Positions 48,601-56,141 of a stretch of 64,000 bases of DNA are shown here, piece after piece. Below the pieces are notes generated by a model, which did no database searches, had not been told where the DNA came from, and saw nothing but the letters and a program-made list of their open reading frames with translations. Origin of the DNA: Bacteroidales bacterium (GTDB taxonomy: Bacteria; Bacteroidota; Bacteroidia; Bacteroidales; UBA3663); the NCBI GenBank assembly GCA_017449065.1, contig JAFSKF010000049.1, positions 3,630 through 67,629 of the forward strand, read 5' to 3'. Within the stretch, counting starts at the first letter, position 1. Each line of letters begins with the position of its first letter. A program made the translations under genes and the position numbers.

Positions 48601-48832
48601 AGCTGACCTTTCGCCCAACGACTTCATCCATCAGGTGCGCATGCGGCAGGCAGCAGAACGCCTCGCCACCACCAACGATCCGGTTTCTATCATTGCCTAT
48701 TCGGTCGGTTTCAACAATCCGAAATATTTCAGCAAGTGCTTCCGTCAGGACTACGATATGTCGCCTTTGGAATACCGGCAGCACGCCCGGGCAAAGGCGG
48801 CGGCTTCTGCGGAAGATGAGGGCGGAAACTAA
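45665..48832 (+). CDS. Membrane-tethered sensor-regulator: periplasmic beta-propeller + Y_Y_Y domain, one TM helix, AraC-type HTH (no histidine kinase or receiver)
   Basis: MKKHIFPILILASLMLAATAAAAQ signal/anchor. Propeller-type repeats (...ILWFGTWIGLCRYDG...). Y_Y_Y region (...RYAYWMHSAG...LAPGKYDLHLKSTNSDGVW...). TM helix WGGLIILLLLLTASGIAVFVYV, then an AraC HTH about 50 aa later (...MSRATFYRRLK...GFNNPKYFSKCFRQDYDMSPLEYR). Alternative starts 45647 and 45587. Confidence 0.85.
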   Translation: MKKHIFPILILASLMLAATAAAAQPILKCTEYKSGGAMDHTRVSTYEQDSKGILWFGTWIGLCRYDGKDFHYFNTNDGASDGASQPLGSNRILKLNLDSRENIWCQNYDQGLYRFDRVTSTFQAVLPLVKDYPAQQSLKDKVYVMRRNRVVWAVLADGTLVRFQDADPSQNEVIPCEAGQKNRTVYGIQEDSFGREWVLTDYGVILYGQKGRITTYPYTHFLQQGEHCFLAARNTAQLVEYQGEGVFRNIELPSQIRFIRYMQPHGEDRILLGTDRGLVIYDVRTRQLQVVDTATDGRRVENIGQSFTDSQGRIWIFAGETGVYCLRPGEARCEYLQNPEPDMPKLNESGKLYLITQDANGVVWLKPSRGELCWYCEEDGRLHSHREAMAPGETLPIHDYNFYFVDLQRNLWVSSGTRLYHLTFARRQFHSIQTDPDVEIRSLFAEDSLHVWYGDKLGHLCRMNVSDRSSQYLTPQGQWTDRKVPFCTYGIFHIMQTRDGQILLGTRGDGLFRLIPQGKGFRVSNYRAAEKEGALNCDVIYDMYQDENDRVWVASFGGGLNLIESVTDDTLRFLNGGFLGYPMNSFEMSRCVQGDGKGRIMVGTNKGLVVFSSKFNRLSDLKFQTYQAQSEQGGGLPDNMIMRIVYTPGGDFYISSFARGLCKVEGDGIASLQFRHLPNRDFPAGDVNATAIALSSGQIWTIAECGITCYRPQQEQMWYFDQHDFDRPYSMTECEPVELYDGRLLLGMFGGILVFRPASIQKSEYRPKIVFTERLYAVGAQQYVQELNDVDTLYIEPHQRSSSLRFAAIDFVQSSLVRYAYWMHSAGSVSDKQWVYAESPEVNFTNLAPGKYDLHLKSTNSDGVWIDNERVLRVIVVPTFWEQWGGLIILLLLLTASGIAVFVYVRHLKQRQQSVMKQEVSAVKINMLTNPAPQVDQEFIKNVMAYLTEHLSDGDLQVNDVADALNMSRATFYRRLKQSADLSPNDFIHQVRMRQAAERLATTNDPVSIIAYSVGFNNPKYFSKCFRQDYDMSPLEYRQHARAKAAASAEDEGGN

Positions 48833-48962
48833 GCCTCAAGAATAGCCAAGGAAACGCAAAAAAGTGCAAAATTATCTCAAAGGAGGGCAAAAAATGGCTC
48901 ATTGTCATGTTTTTGCTCCCCTTTTTGAATGATATTGCCCCGTTGCGAAGCAGAAAAGAAAA

Positions 48963-48970
48963 TATCTTTG
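48963..48970 (+). promoter_or_regulatory. Bacteroidota-type -7 promoter box for the CE8 gene
   Basis: TATCTTTG about 45 nt upstream of ATG 49014. Confidence 0.55.
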
Positions 48971-49013
48971 CGTCGTCAAAACCATTTTTTCTAACTTAAA
49001 CACAGTTCTGTCT

Positions 49014-52000
49014 ATGAAAAGACTTTTACAATCTGCTCTGACTTTTGCTTCCGCAATGGTTCTCAGCGTCGGATCGCTTTTTGCTGATCCCGATTACTCA
49101 CAGTATCCGCAAGTGCCAAGCGACGATTTCTTCCCGCTCCAGTCGGGCAATTACACCAAGTACAGCACCACGGGTCCGAATGTTCCGACCTACGAATCGG
49201 GCAACCAGAACATCGGTTACCTGAAGAACGGCGGTGTTTCCGAATATACTTTCTATTGTACGCGTAAGGCGTATTACAATCTGGCCATCGGTATCAAGAA
49301 CTATTCCGGCGGTACCATCGAGGCTACTGTCGTGAACGAGGATGGCAATACCGAGCTGTCCGGTTCGTTCGAGATTGTTGCCCCGTCGTCCGATTACGGT
49401 GAGGTGCAGTATGAATTCGGAGACGTGCTTTCGACGGGTGTCAAGACCCTGAAGATGGTGTTCAAGGCTGATCACTCCAGCTGGATCATGAACTACAAGA
49501 ACGTCACCCTGAAGAAACGTGCCGACTTCGACGACGGAAGCACCAAGTATAAGGTTTCCTACAGCCAGAACATCGAAGAGGCAGGTTCGGTTTCGCAGTC
49601 TCCGTCGGGCGACGATGCACCGGAAGGTTCGACGGTCAAGTTCACTGCCAAACCGAATTTCGGTTACCATTTCATCAAGTGGACCGATGCCAACGGCACC
49701 GAGCTTTCGACCGAGAATCCTTATTCCGTTACGGTGAATGCTGATGTGGCAGTGGTTGCCGTTTACGAGCAGGTGGCTACCTATCAGCTTTCTCTGAACA
49801 TCGAGAACGGTTACGAGGATATGATTACCATTTCTCCGGCTCCGACCGTGATCGACCAGAAGTATATGTATGAGACCGGCACGGAGGTGGCCTTGACCGC
49901 TTCGGAAAACAAGGTGGTGAAGTTTGCCAGCTGGAGCAACGGTGCTACCAGCAACCAGACCTCGGTTACTATGGATCAGGATGTAACCATCACGGCTACC
50001 TACAGCTTGGGCGATTTCCTGGCTGCCTGGGATTTGCACAATACGGCAAAGTCGCAGCCCTATACCGCTGACTTCTATTCTTCCGAGGATAACGAGAAGG
50101 CAGGCCTCTATCTGCGCAACTTCGATACGAATCAGGTGACCAGCCGCTCTTATTGGGTGCGCGATTCCGGTAATGCCGTTATCTGGGGCGATGATGTGAA
50201 CTATGCTTACGAAATGAACCTGAACACCACGAACTTCACGGGTATCTCGATCGAAATCGATCTTTGGTATTCTTACAACTATTGGGAGAAAGTGCAGGGT
50301 CAGTATTCCATTGATAATGCTGAGACTTGGGTGAACGTAGGCGATCCTGTCACAATGACTTCCGGTTCGACCACCTACACCTGGACTTTGCCGGAGGCTT
50401 GCGAACACCAGGCAAAACTCTTGTTCCGCCTGTTGCCCGATGTCACTTCTCCTGTGCTGAACGAGGGTGCTTCTACGTATCGTCCTCTCTGGATTGACAA
50501 TATTTATGTGTTGGGTCAGGGAGCTATCTTCAACGATGGTGTGGCCCCGGTATTGAAGAGTTTCGTGCCAGCCAATGGTGCTGCCGGTGCTTCTTCCACC
50601 GGCCGTGTGGCTCTCACCTTCGACGAGAAAGTGAAGCTCACCGATGCCGCTAAGGCTACTTTGACTGCTGCTGACGGTAAGGTGACCACCCTCACCGGTG
50701 CTGCTGCCGGCACAATTGTTACCTTTGCCTATACAGGTCTTGATTACAATACCGAGTATGTCTTCACTCTGGTTGCCGGTTCGGTGGCCGATCAGGGAGA
50801 CAATGCATTGCAGGAGGACATCACCATCCGGTTCACCACAATGGTTCGCCCGACCGTTGCCAAGAAGGGCTTCGACTTCGTGGTGGGTGTTGACGGTACG
50901 GTGGATGAAGCTTTTGCTGCTGCCAACAACCAGTCGTCCGACCGCTTCAAGATCTTCGTGCCAAATGGCGAGTATCTGTCGAAGGGTAACTCTGACTATT
51001 CGATGACTTACATCTATAAGACTGTTTCCATCATCGGTCAGGATCGCGACTCCGCATTGATCTATAACACACCTGCCGGTTACGGTATCTCTTCTTGCTC
51101 TACCATCGACTTCCGTCAGGGCGACGACAACTATGTGCAGGATATCACCATCGAGAACCGTCGTGGTGTGGATGGCGGACAGGCTGCCGCTTTGCACGAG
51201 AGCACGGAGCGCAACATCTACAAGCATGCTACCTTCTTGGGCAATCAGGATACCTACGTTTCGAACAATCGCGAATACTTTGAGGATTGCCAGCTGATCG
51301 GTTCTGTCGATTTCATCTGCGGTGGTGGTGACATCTGGTTCGAGCAGTGCGATTTGCAGATCACTCGCAGCGGCTCTGTGCTGACAGCTCCGGCTACAGC
51401 CAGCACACAGCTTTGGGGCTATGTATTCAACAACTGTACCGTAGATGTCTATAAGGGTAAGGTTTATAACCAGGATGGCACATACGGCTACTGCAATGCC
51501 GGCGATGGCAGCTACACGCTGGGTCGTCCTTGGCAGAATTCTCCGGCTTCCACCTTCCTCTACACCAAGATGAACATTCTGGCGGGAAGTGCCGGCTGGC
51601 AAGGTATGTCTTCCGATAAGGTGGTTCGTTTCCACGAATTCGGAACAGTCGATAAGAACGGTACGTTGGTGGACCTCTCTACCCGTTCTATCAGCAGCCT
51701 GAATCCGGCTGAGGGTTCAGACGCTCCTGTGCTGACCGAAGAGAAGGCTTCTGCCTACAACATGGCAACCGTCTTGAACGTCGAGAAGGATGGTTGGATC
51801 CCAACGCTCTACACCGAGCAGTGCGATGCTCCTGCAGTCGAGCTGAACGAGGATGTCCTCACTTGGGCAGACGATGCTTATGCTTCCTGCTACGTTATCT
51901 TCAAGGATAATGTGTATGTGGCTAACGTTACCGAAAACAGCTACAAGCTCTCCGAGGCCGGTAACTACACCGTACGTGCTGCCAACGAGCGTGGTGGCTT

Positions 52001-52166
52001 GGGCGATGCTTCAGCAGTAATCAGCTATTCTGAGCCTACCGCTATCGAGTCTGTCTCTGTGGCTCCTGCCAGCCAGACCGTTTACAACCTGCAGGGTCGC
52101 AAGGTCAGCACCCTCTCGAAGGGTCAGATTTACCTCAGCAACGGCAAGAAGTTCCAGGTGAAGTAA
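49014..52166 (+). CDS. Multidomain CE8 pectin methylesterase with T9SS C-terminal domain
   Basis: 1050 aa. N-terminal CBM-like module, then two InlB-B-repeat-like modules (...EGSTVKFTAKPNFGYHFIKWTD...) and an SbsA-Ig-like module. CE8 motifs FLGNQDT, GSVDFICGGG and YTLGRPW. Ends ...VYNLQGRKVSTLSKGQIYLSNGKKFQVK. Confidence 0.9.
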   Translation: MKRLLQSALTFASAMVLSVGSLFADPDYSQYPQVPSDDFFPLQSGNYTKYSTTGPNVPTYESGNQNIGYLKNGGVSEYTFYCTRKAYYNLAIGIKNYSGGTIEATVVNEDGNTELSGSFEIVAPSSDYGEVQYEFGDVLSTGVKTLKMVFKADHSSWIMNYKNVTLKKRADFDDGSTKYKVSYSQNIEEAGSVSQSPSGDDAPEGSTVKFTAKPNFGYHFIKWTDANGTELSTENPYSVTVNADVAVVAVYEQVATYQLSLNIENGYEDMITISPAPTVIDQKYMYETGTEVALTASENKVVKFASWSNGATSNQTSVTMDQDVTITATYSLGDFLAAWDLHNTAKSQPYTADFYSSEDNEKAGLYLRNFDTNQVTSRSYWVRDSGNAVIWGDDVNYAYEMNLNTTNFTGISIEIDLWYSYNYWEKVQGQYSIDNAETWVNVGDPVTMTSGSTTYTWTLPEACEHQAKLLFRLLPDVTSPVLNEGASTYRPLWIDNIYVLGQGAIFNDGVAPVLKSFVPANGAAGASSTGRVALTFDEKVKLTDAAKATLTAADGKVTTLTGAAAGTIVTFAYTGLDYNTEYVFTLVAGSVADQGDNALQEDITIRFTTMVRPTVAKKGFDFVVGVDGTVDEAFAAANNQSSDRFKIFVPNGEYLSKGNSDYSMTYIYKTVSIIGQDRDSALIYNTPAGYGISSCSTIDFRQGDDNYVQDITIENRRGVDGGQAAALHESTERNIYKHATFLGNQDTYVSNNREYFEDCQLIGSVDFICGGGDIWFEQCDLQITRSGSVLTAPATASTQLWGYVFNNCTVDVYKGKVYNQDGTYGYCNAGDGSYTLGRPWQNSPASTFLYTKMNILAGSAGWQGMSSDKVVRFHEFGTVDKNGTLVDLSTRSISSLNPAEGSDAPVLTEEKASAYNMATVLNVEKDGWIPTLYTEQCDAPAVELNEDVLTWADDAYASCYVIFKDNVYVANVTENSYKLSEAGNYTVRAANERGGLGDASAVISYSEPTAIESVSVAPASQTVYNLQGRKVSTLSKGQIYLSNGKKFQVK

Positions 52167-52189
52167 TCATCTGTTGCCAATAACGAAAA

Positions 52190-52222
52190 AGAGTGGTGGC
52201 CAACCGGTCGCCACTCTTTTTT
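52190..52222 (+). terminator. Rho-independent terminator
   Basis: AGAGTGGTGGCC (52190-52201) pairs with GGTCGCCACTCT (52206-52217) with 2 G-U pairs, loop AACC, then a T-run. Confidence 0.7.
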
Positions 52223-52373
52223 GCTCTTAAACTTTTTTCTGACCAAAAGGCGAAAAGGTTATTCGTCAATAATTCTTGGTTATTTTCCGATTTTGCTTAA
52301 AAATCATCAGTTCGAACTATTGAACGGATGCAAGCGATGAATGATGCTTTAAGGGCAGAATAAAAAAGCCATG

Positions 52374-52685
52374 TTACAGTATTGTCAAAGAAACTCTTTT
52401 CCCTAATCCATTGAAAATTCGGAAGAGAGTTGTCAATTGGATATCAGAACGTCCATTTTCAATTTTGGAGATGTAACTTTTCTTCGTGCCAATTTTTGCT
52501 GCCAGTTGTTCTTGTGTTAGGCCAGCCTGGCGCCTTTGTTCTTTCAAACATTCAGCTAAACAAAATGCTTCTGCCTCTGCTTCAAATGCCTCGCGAGCAA
52601 CTGTCCCGCGTTTGCCATATTCAGCATCAAGTAGGTCGTCAAAACACTCACATTTCATAATAGTGTTTTTCTTTTTTGTTTCCAT
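52374..52685 (-). CDS. XRE-family HTH antitoxin (HigA-like)
   Basis: 103 aa; ...AGLTQEQLAAKIGTKKSYISKIENGRSDIQLTTLFRIFNGLG... Its start overlaps the toxin stop (TAATG). Confidence 0.8.
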   Translation of the reverse strand: METKKKNTIMKCECFDDLLDAEYGKRGTVAREAFEAEAEAFCLAECLKEQRRQAGLTQEQLAAKIGTKKSYISKIENGRSDIQLTTLFRIFNGLGKRVSLTIL

Positions 52686-53032
52686 TACTTTTCCTCCTTG
52701 CTTTTAAAATATTCTTTTTTAATGATTTCTGCTCGCTTGATTTCTTTTTGAGGTGTTTTCTGACTCTTTTTTTGAAATCCATGAAAAAGGACAACTATCG
52801 AACCTTCATCCATACAACAGAATATTCTGTATATATTACTCTCTACTTCGATGCGAATTTCATAGAGACCCTCAGAACTTTCAATACGTTTAAAGAATTT
52901 TATTGGAATTATGCGTTGGGTTTCTACTAGTCTCAACACAAAATTTATTTTCTCGCGTACCGTTGCCGACTGCTCAATATAAAACTCTTTGAAGTAGGAT
53001 TAGAAGAGAATAATTTATCGAATCGTATCCAT
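52685..53032 (-). pseudogene. Gp49-like (RelE/ParE-superfamily, HigB-type) toxin with two in-frame TAA stops near the N-terminus
   Basis: From ATG 53032 the frame reads MDTIR*IILF*SYFKEFYIEQSATVREKINFVLRLVETQRIIPIKFFKRIESSEGLYEIRIEVESNIYRIFCCMDEGSIVVLFHGFQKKSQKTPQKEIKRAEIIKKEYF.... Stops are at 53015-53017 and 53000-53002. The only open remnant starts at GTG 52939 (84 aa). Confidence 0.6.
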
Positions 53033-53051
53033 ATTGTTTCTTTTACAAGTG

Positions 53052-53059
53052 CAAAGTTA
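53052..53059 (-). promoter_or_regulatory. Bacteroidota-type -7 promoter box for the TA pair
   Basis: Plus-strand CAAAGTTA equals TAACTTTG on the minus strand, about 20 nt upstream of ATG 53032. Confidence 0.5.
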
Positions 53060-53159
53060 ATTAATTTGTGAACCTTCTGCAAATTTTTTGTTTTTTTTTG
53101 CGTTATTTTTATAAAATTGAAGTATAGAAGCCAAAAATGATTCACTGGGAATACATTAT

Positions 53160-53192
53160 AAAAAGGCACCCCGATTGATCGAGGTGCCTTCA
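53160..53192 (-). terminator. Rho-independent terminator (mirror copy of 58813-58845)
   Basis: The minus strand reads AAGGCACC-TCGATCAATCGG-GGTGCCTT followed by TTT. Confidence 0.75.
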
Positions 53193-53230
53193 ATAGGATA
53201 TGTTGTTCAAATGAGAGGATTAGTTCTCGT
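53160..53230. repeat. Outer inverted repeat, left arm (perfect partner at 58775-58845)
   Basis: 71 nt, exact reverse complement of 58775-58845. Covers the last two codons and stop of the small ORF plus the terminator hairpin. Confidence 0.95.
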
Positions 53231-53381
53231 AATCAGACCATCCACTATCTACTCTGCGGCTGCAAGCCTCGTTGCCGGCTTTCGTACCGCTACCGAATTC
53301 GACAGTAGCAGATGCTGCAATAACCTGTTGTGTTTGAATCTTCACAACGTTGATGTTTGGAATAATATATTTCTTTTTCAT
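53220..53381 (-). CDS. Unannotated 53-aa ORF, paralog of 58631-58783
   Basis: MKKKYIIPNINVVKIQTQQVIAASATVEFGSGTKAGNEACSRRVDSGWSDYEN. AGGAG lies 9 nt upstream of the ATG. It sits 18 nt downstream of the large gene and shares the AAS...SG...R...(G/S)WSDYEN pattern with its partner. Below the ORF-track size cutoff. Confidence 0.55.
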   Translation of the reverse strand: MKKKYIIPNINVVKIQTQQVIAASATVEFGSGTKAGNEACSRRVDSGWSDYEN

Positions 53382-53399
53382 TGTTTTTATCTCCTATTT

Positions 53400-55637
53400 T
53401 TATTTAATGATAACTTTCTTTCCGTTCACGATATACATACCCTTAGTAGGCTGGTTAACGCGCTGACCTGCCAAATTGTAGAAGATGCCATTTTCAGTTG
53501 TGCTGCGGATAGCATCAATACCTGTAACTTCTTCGTCGCTGAAGATTACCTTCAATGCAGAAGCAGAAGGAGCGCTGTCTAAGTGCAGATATGCCTTTCC
53601 AACTGCAACAGATCCGCTGCCAATCTGATAGAACAGACCGTCGCTATACAGGATATAGTCATTCGTAGTGCCGTCGAACTCAGTAGTGCCGTCACCAGCT
53701 TTCAGCAGGTTCGTAGCAGGAGCAGTTGCTGAAGCGGCTACAGGAACGGTGTACTCTGTACCAGCAGTACCAATCAGCAACAATGGAGTTCCAGCAGGAA
53801 CAGCCTCTTCCACTTCGGTTATTGTCACAGCGCTGGCAGAAGCAGCGGTAGCTACGTATGCCTTCAGACCTTCAACACCAGTGAAGTCCAGTGCCTTCGT
53901 GGTGACGTATGTTGTCATGTCCTTAGCAGGAGTGACGGAAACAGCAGCAGAAGCTTTTGAGAGTTTAATGTAGTAAATATGCAGACCCTTGCTCGGAGTA
54001 ACAGTCACATTGCCATCTTTGTTAATAGTCCATTTGCAGACTTGATAAGTCTTGGCAGTAGCATCGCCCTGTATCTGAGTGGCATTGCTCAACGTCACGC
54101 CACGGGCTTCAGAAGCCTTATGTGACTCTACGCCAATCTCGATGATTGAGCCTTTGGTTACAGAAGGAATGGTAATCACCGACTTGTTGCCATACAGCCA
54201 TAAGTATTGACTGCCATGATAGGTTCCAAGACTTGTGCTGGGATAGTTGAACATAATGGCCATAGAGTATGCGCCGCCCGTATAGGTTAAGCCTTCTGTC
54301 TCAGCAATATTGGTGCTAGAATACTGAAGGGCACCGTCAATAGCATTTATATTGGAACGTCCCTGACCGTCACTCCAATCCGTGCCGCCGTCTTTCTCTG
54401 CGTTGAGCCAGTTCGTTGCATCGTCAATCAATCCAGTCTTTGTAGCATCGCTCCATGCAGAAAAGTCCCAAGTGGTATCCTCATAAGTATATGAAGAAGG
54501 AGCATACTCCTCACCATAAATTTCAATGTAAGCGCCCAATTGGTTGCTTCCTGGACGCATTGTGATGGTTGCGCCATAGCCAAGTTCCGACTCGGGAATG
54601 AATTCAATGGTCTTTACATAGGTCTCGTCAACATAGTCGTAGAATGAACCAGAGGCAGGAGTGAAGCCATCAAATGCAATAGTAGAAGCATTGCCTTCAC
54701 TGCCCTTCAACCAAGATTTACCAACAACGACAATCTTTGTTACCTTAATATTGTTACTGATTTTAAGAGTATAATTGTCGGTATGGTTCAGTTTGAAACC
54801 GTCATTTGATCCAGCAAGACTTACTGCGTTTTGACCACGGCCTTCCACATTATCAGTAAGGATATAATTGCCATCTGTGCTTGTCCATACATCTCCCGAC
54901 ACGTTTCCTCCATTATAACCAAGAACTGCTTTAGCAGTTGCGTGCGACACATAGCAGTCTTTGAGCATAAGGCTTGAAGAGTTTTCACCCTTGATTGCAA
55001 TAGCACGTACTGTACATGGATCGGTGATGGTTATTTCAGCACTATAGGTCGTGCTGGAAGAGGTAGGTGTAGAGCCATCGGTAGTGTAGTAGATGGTCGC
55101 TCCATCGGTGCTACATGTTATCGTTACGCTGCTTCCGCTCTGTGTGATGACGGGGTTAGCAACATCGTCAGCTGCTGGACGGGAGATGGTGAAAGAAGTG
55201 AAATTTTTTACACCATCTTTCCAAAGATATACATCCGAATTGCCAATCAGGTCTGATCCGTTAGGCACGGTATATGGGAATGTAACCGATGAGCCTTTTG
55301 TCGAAGTAGCGCTGATGAACATTGTGCCACTGCCAGAAAGGGAAATGATGTCTCCTTCTGCTATGGTTTCTGACGTCAGAGTTGCATGGAAATAGCTAGC
55401 TCCAGAGCCGCCTAAGTTAATCTGACCTTGACCCATATTGCTGACTGCTGAAGATTTGCCATTACAAACTTGTGCAGTACCGCCTACAAACGTAGCAGTA
55501 ACATCTGCGATATCTCCTTGGGCTAAGCTTGTTGTCGGTCCCGTCACTGCGGTCATCGAGTAAATGGTTGTAGCTTCTGCCCACGCACCACTCACTGCGG
55601 TTAGCGCAAGCGTCAATAAAGTAAATAATTTCTTCAT
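53400..55637 (-). CDS. T9SS-secreted cell-surface protein (chitobiase/hexosaminidase-C-like Ig domain; adhesin-like)
   Basis: 745 aa; signal peptide MKKLFTLLTLALTAVSGAWA; ...SVTITCSTDGATIYYTTDGSTPTSSSTTY... module. Ends ...GIFYNLAGQRVNQPTKGMYIVNGKKVIIK. Confidence 0.75.
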   Translation of the reverse strand: MKKLFTLLTLALTAVSGAWAEATTIYSMTAVTGPTTSLAQGDIADVTATFVGGTAQVCNGKSSAVSNMGQGQINLGGSGASYFHATLTSETIAEGDIISLSGSGTMFISATSTKGSSVTFPYTVPNGSDLIGNSDVYLWKDGVKNFTSFTISRPAADDVANPVITQSGSSVTITCSTDGATIYYTTDGSTPTSSSTTYSAEITITDPCTVRAIAIKGENSSSLMLKDCYVSHATAKAVLGYNGGNVSGDVWTSTDGNYILTDNVEGRGQNAVSLAGSNDGFKLNHTDNYTLKISNNIKVTKIVVVGKSWLKGSEGNASTIAFDGFTPASGSFYDYVDETYVKTIEFIPESELGYGATITMRPGSNQLGAYIEIYGEEYAPSSYTYEDTTWDFSAWSDATKTGLIDDATNWLNAEKDGGTDWSDGQGRSNINAIDGALQYSSTNIAETEGLTYTGGAYSMAIMFNYPSTSLGTYHGSQYLWLYGNKSVITIPSVTKGSIIEIGVESHKASEARGVTLSNATQIQGDATAKTYQVCKWTINKDGNVTVTPSKGLHIYYIKLSKASAAVSVTPAKDMTTYVTTKALDFTGVEGLKAYVATAASASAVTITEVEEAVPAGTPLLLIGTAGTEYTVPVAASATAPATNLLKAGDGTTEFDGTTNDYILYSDGLFYQIGSGSVAVGKAYLHLDSAPSASALKVIFSDEEVTGIDAIRSTTENGIFYNLAGQRVNQPTKGMYIVNGKKVIIK

Positions 55638-55724
55638 GTTTTTTGTTTTGTTAAGTTAATATGGTTGTAATTGTTAGTTGATTTCTTCGAAGTGAGAGTC
55701 ACCGAGCGGTGAAATAAAATGACC
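55577..55724. repeat. Inner inverted repeat, left arm (partner 56538-56685)
   Basis: 148 nt (87-nt 5' UTR plus the first 20 codons and 1 nt). Reverse complement of 56538-56685 with one mismatch (at 56548). Confidence 0.95.
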
Positions 55725-55805
55725 TGTTTTTTGCCACAATTGCAACAAAACTGTGAATTTGTAATACAAAAGGAGTATGGGAAATAGTTATTCTCCTACA
55801 GGGTT

Positions 55806-56141
55806 GTAAAATTTCTCTAACTGGGGCGTAAAATTTCCCCAGTAGGGCTGTTTGTTCTGTGCCAATACACCAAAACTCTTGCGGAAACGTTTTCTTGGCA
55901 TCCGGAATAGCCGCTGACGAAATTTTTTTCATTCCATACGTTCCGGAGTTGCTGCCGACTCAGCGGAAACCATTTCTTGCACTCCGGAGTTGCCTCCGAC
56001 TCCGTCAGCACGAGGTCTGGAAGATTTGAAACGCTTCCCCGAGCGTCGGGAACAGCTCCGGAAAATTTGGAATGCTCCCCCGACTCTCAACCAAAATATT
56101 TGCAACCACGAGGAGAAAAATTTTGCTACCACGAGGAGAAA
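55806..56141 (+). repeat. Degenerate short-period (~22-23 bp) repeats in the segment between the divergent genes
   Basis: Exact sub-repeats: GTAAAATTTC at 55806 and 55828; TCCGGAGTTGC at 55942 and 55983 (20-mers differ at 2 nt); ACCACGAGGAGAAA at 56105 and 56128. Recurrent AAAATTT...CCGGAG/CGAGGAG theme. Confidence 0.6.

Noticed and set aside
49098-51635. 845-aa ORF antisense to the CE8 pectin methylesterase gene
   Set aside because: Same mirror-frame artefact. The sense frame carries the CE8 motifs (GNQDT, DFICGG, LGRPW) and a T9SS tail.
53175-53582. 135-aa plus-strand ORF
   Set aside because: It lies antisense to the small ORF and the 3' end of the 745-aa gene. It has no motifs and low-complexity sequence.
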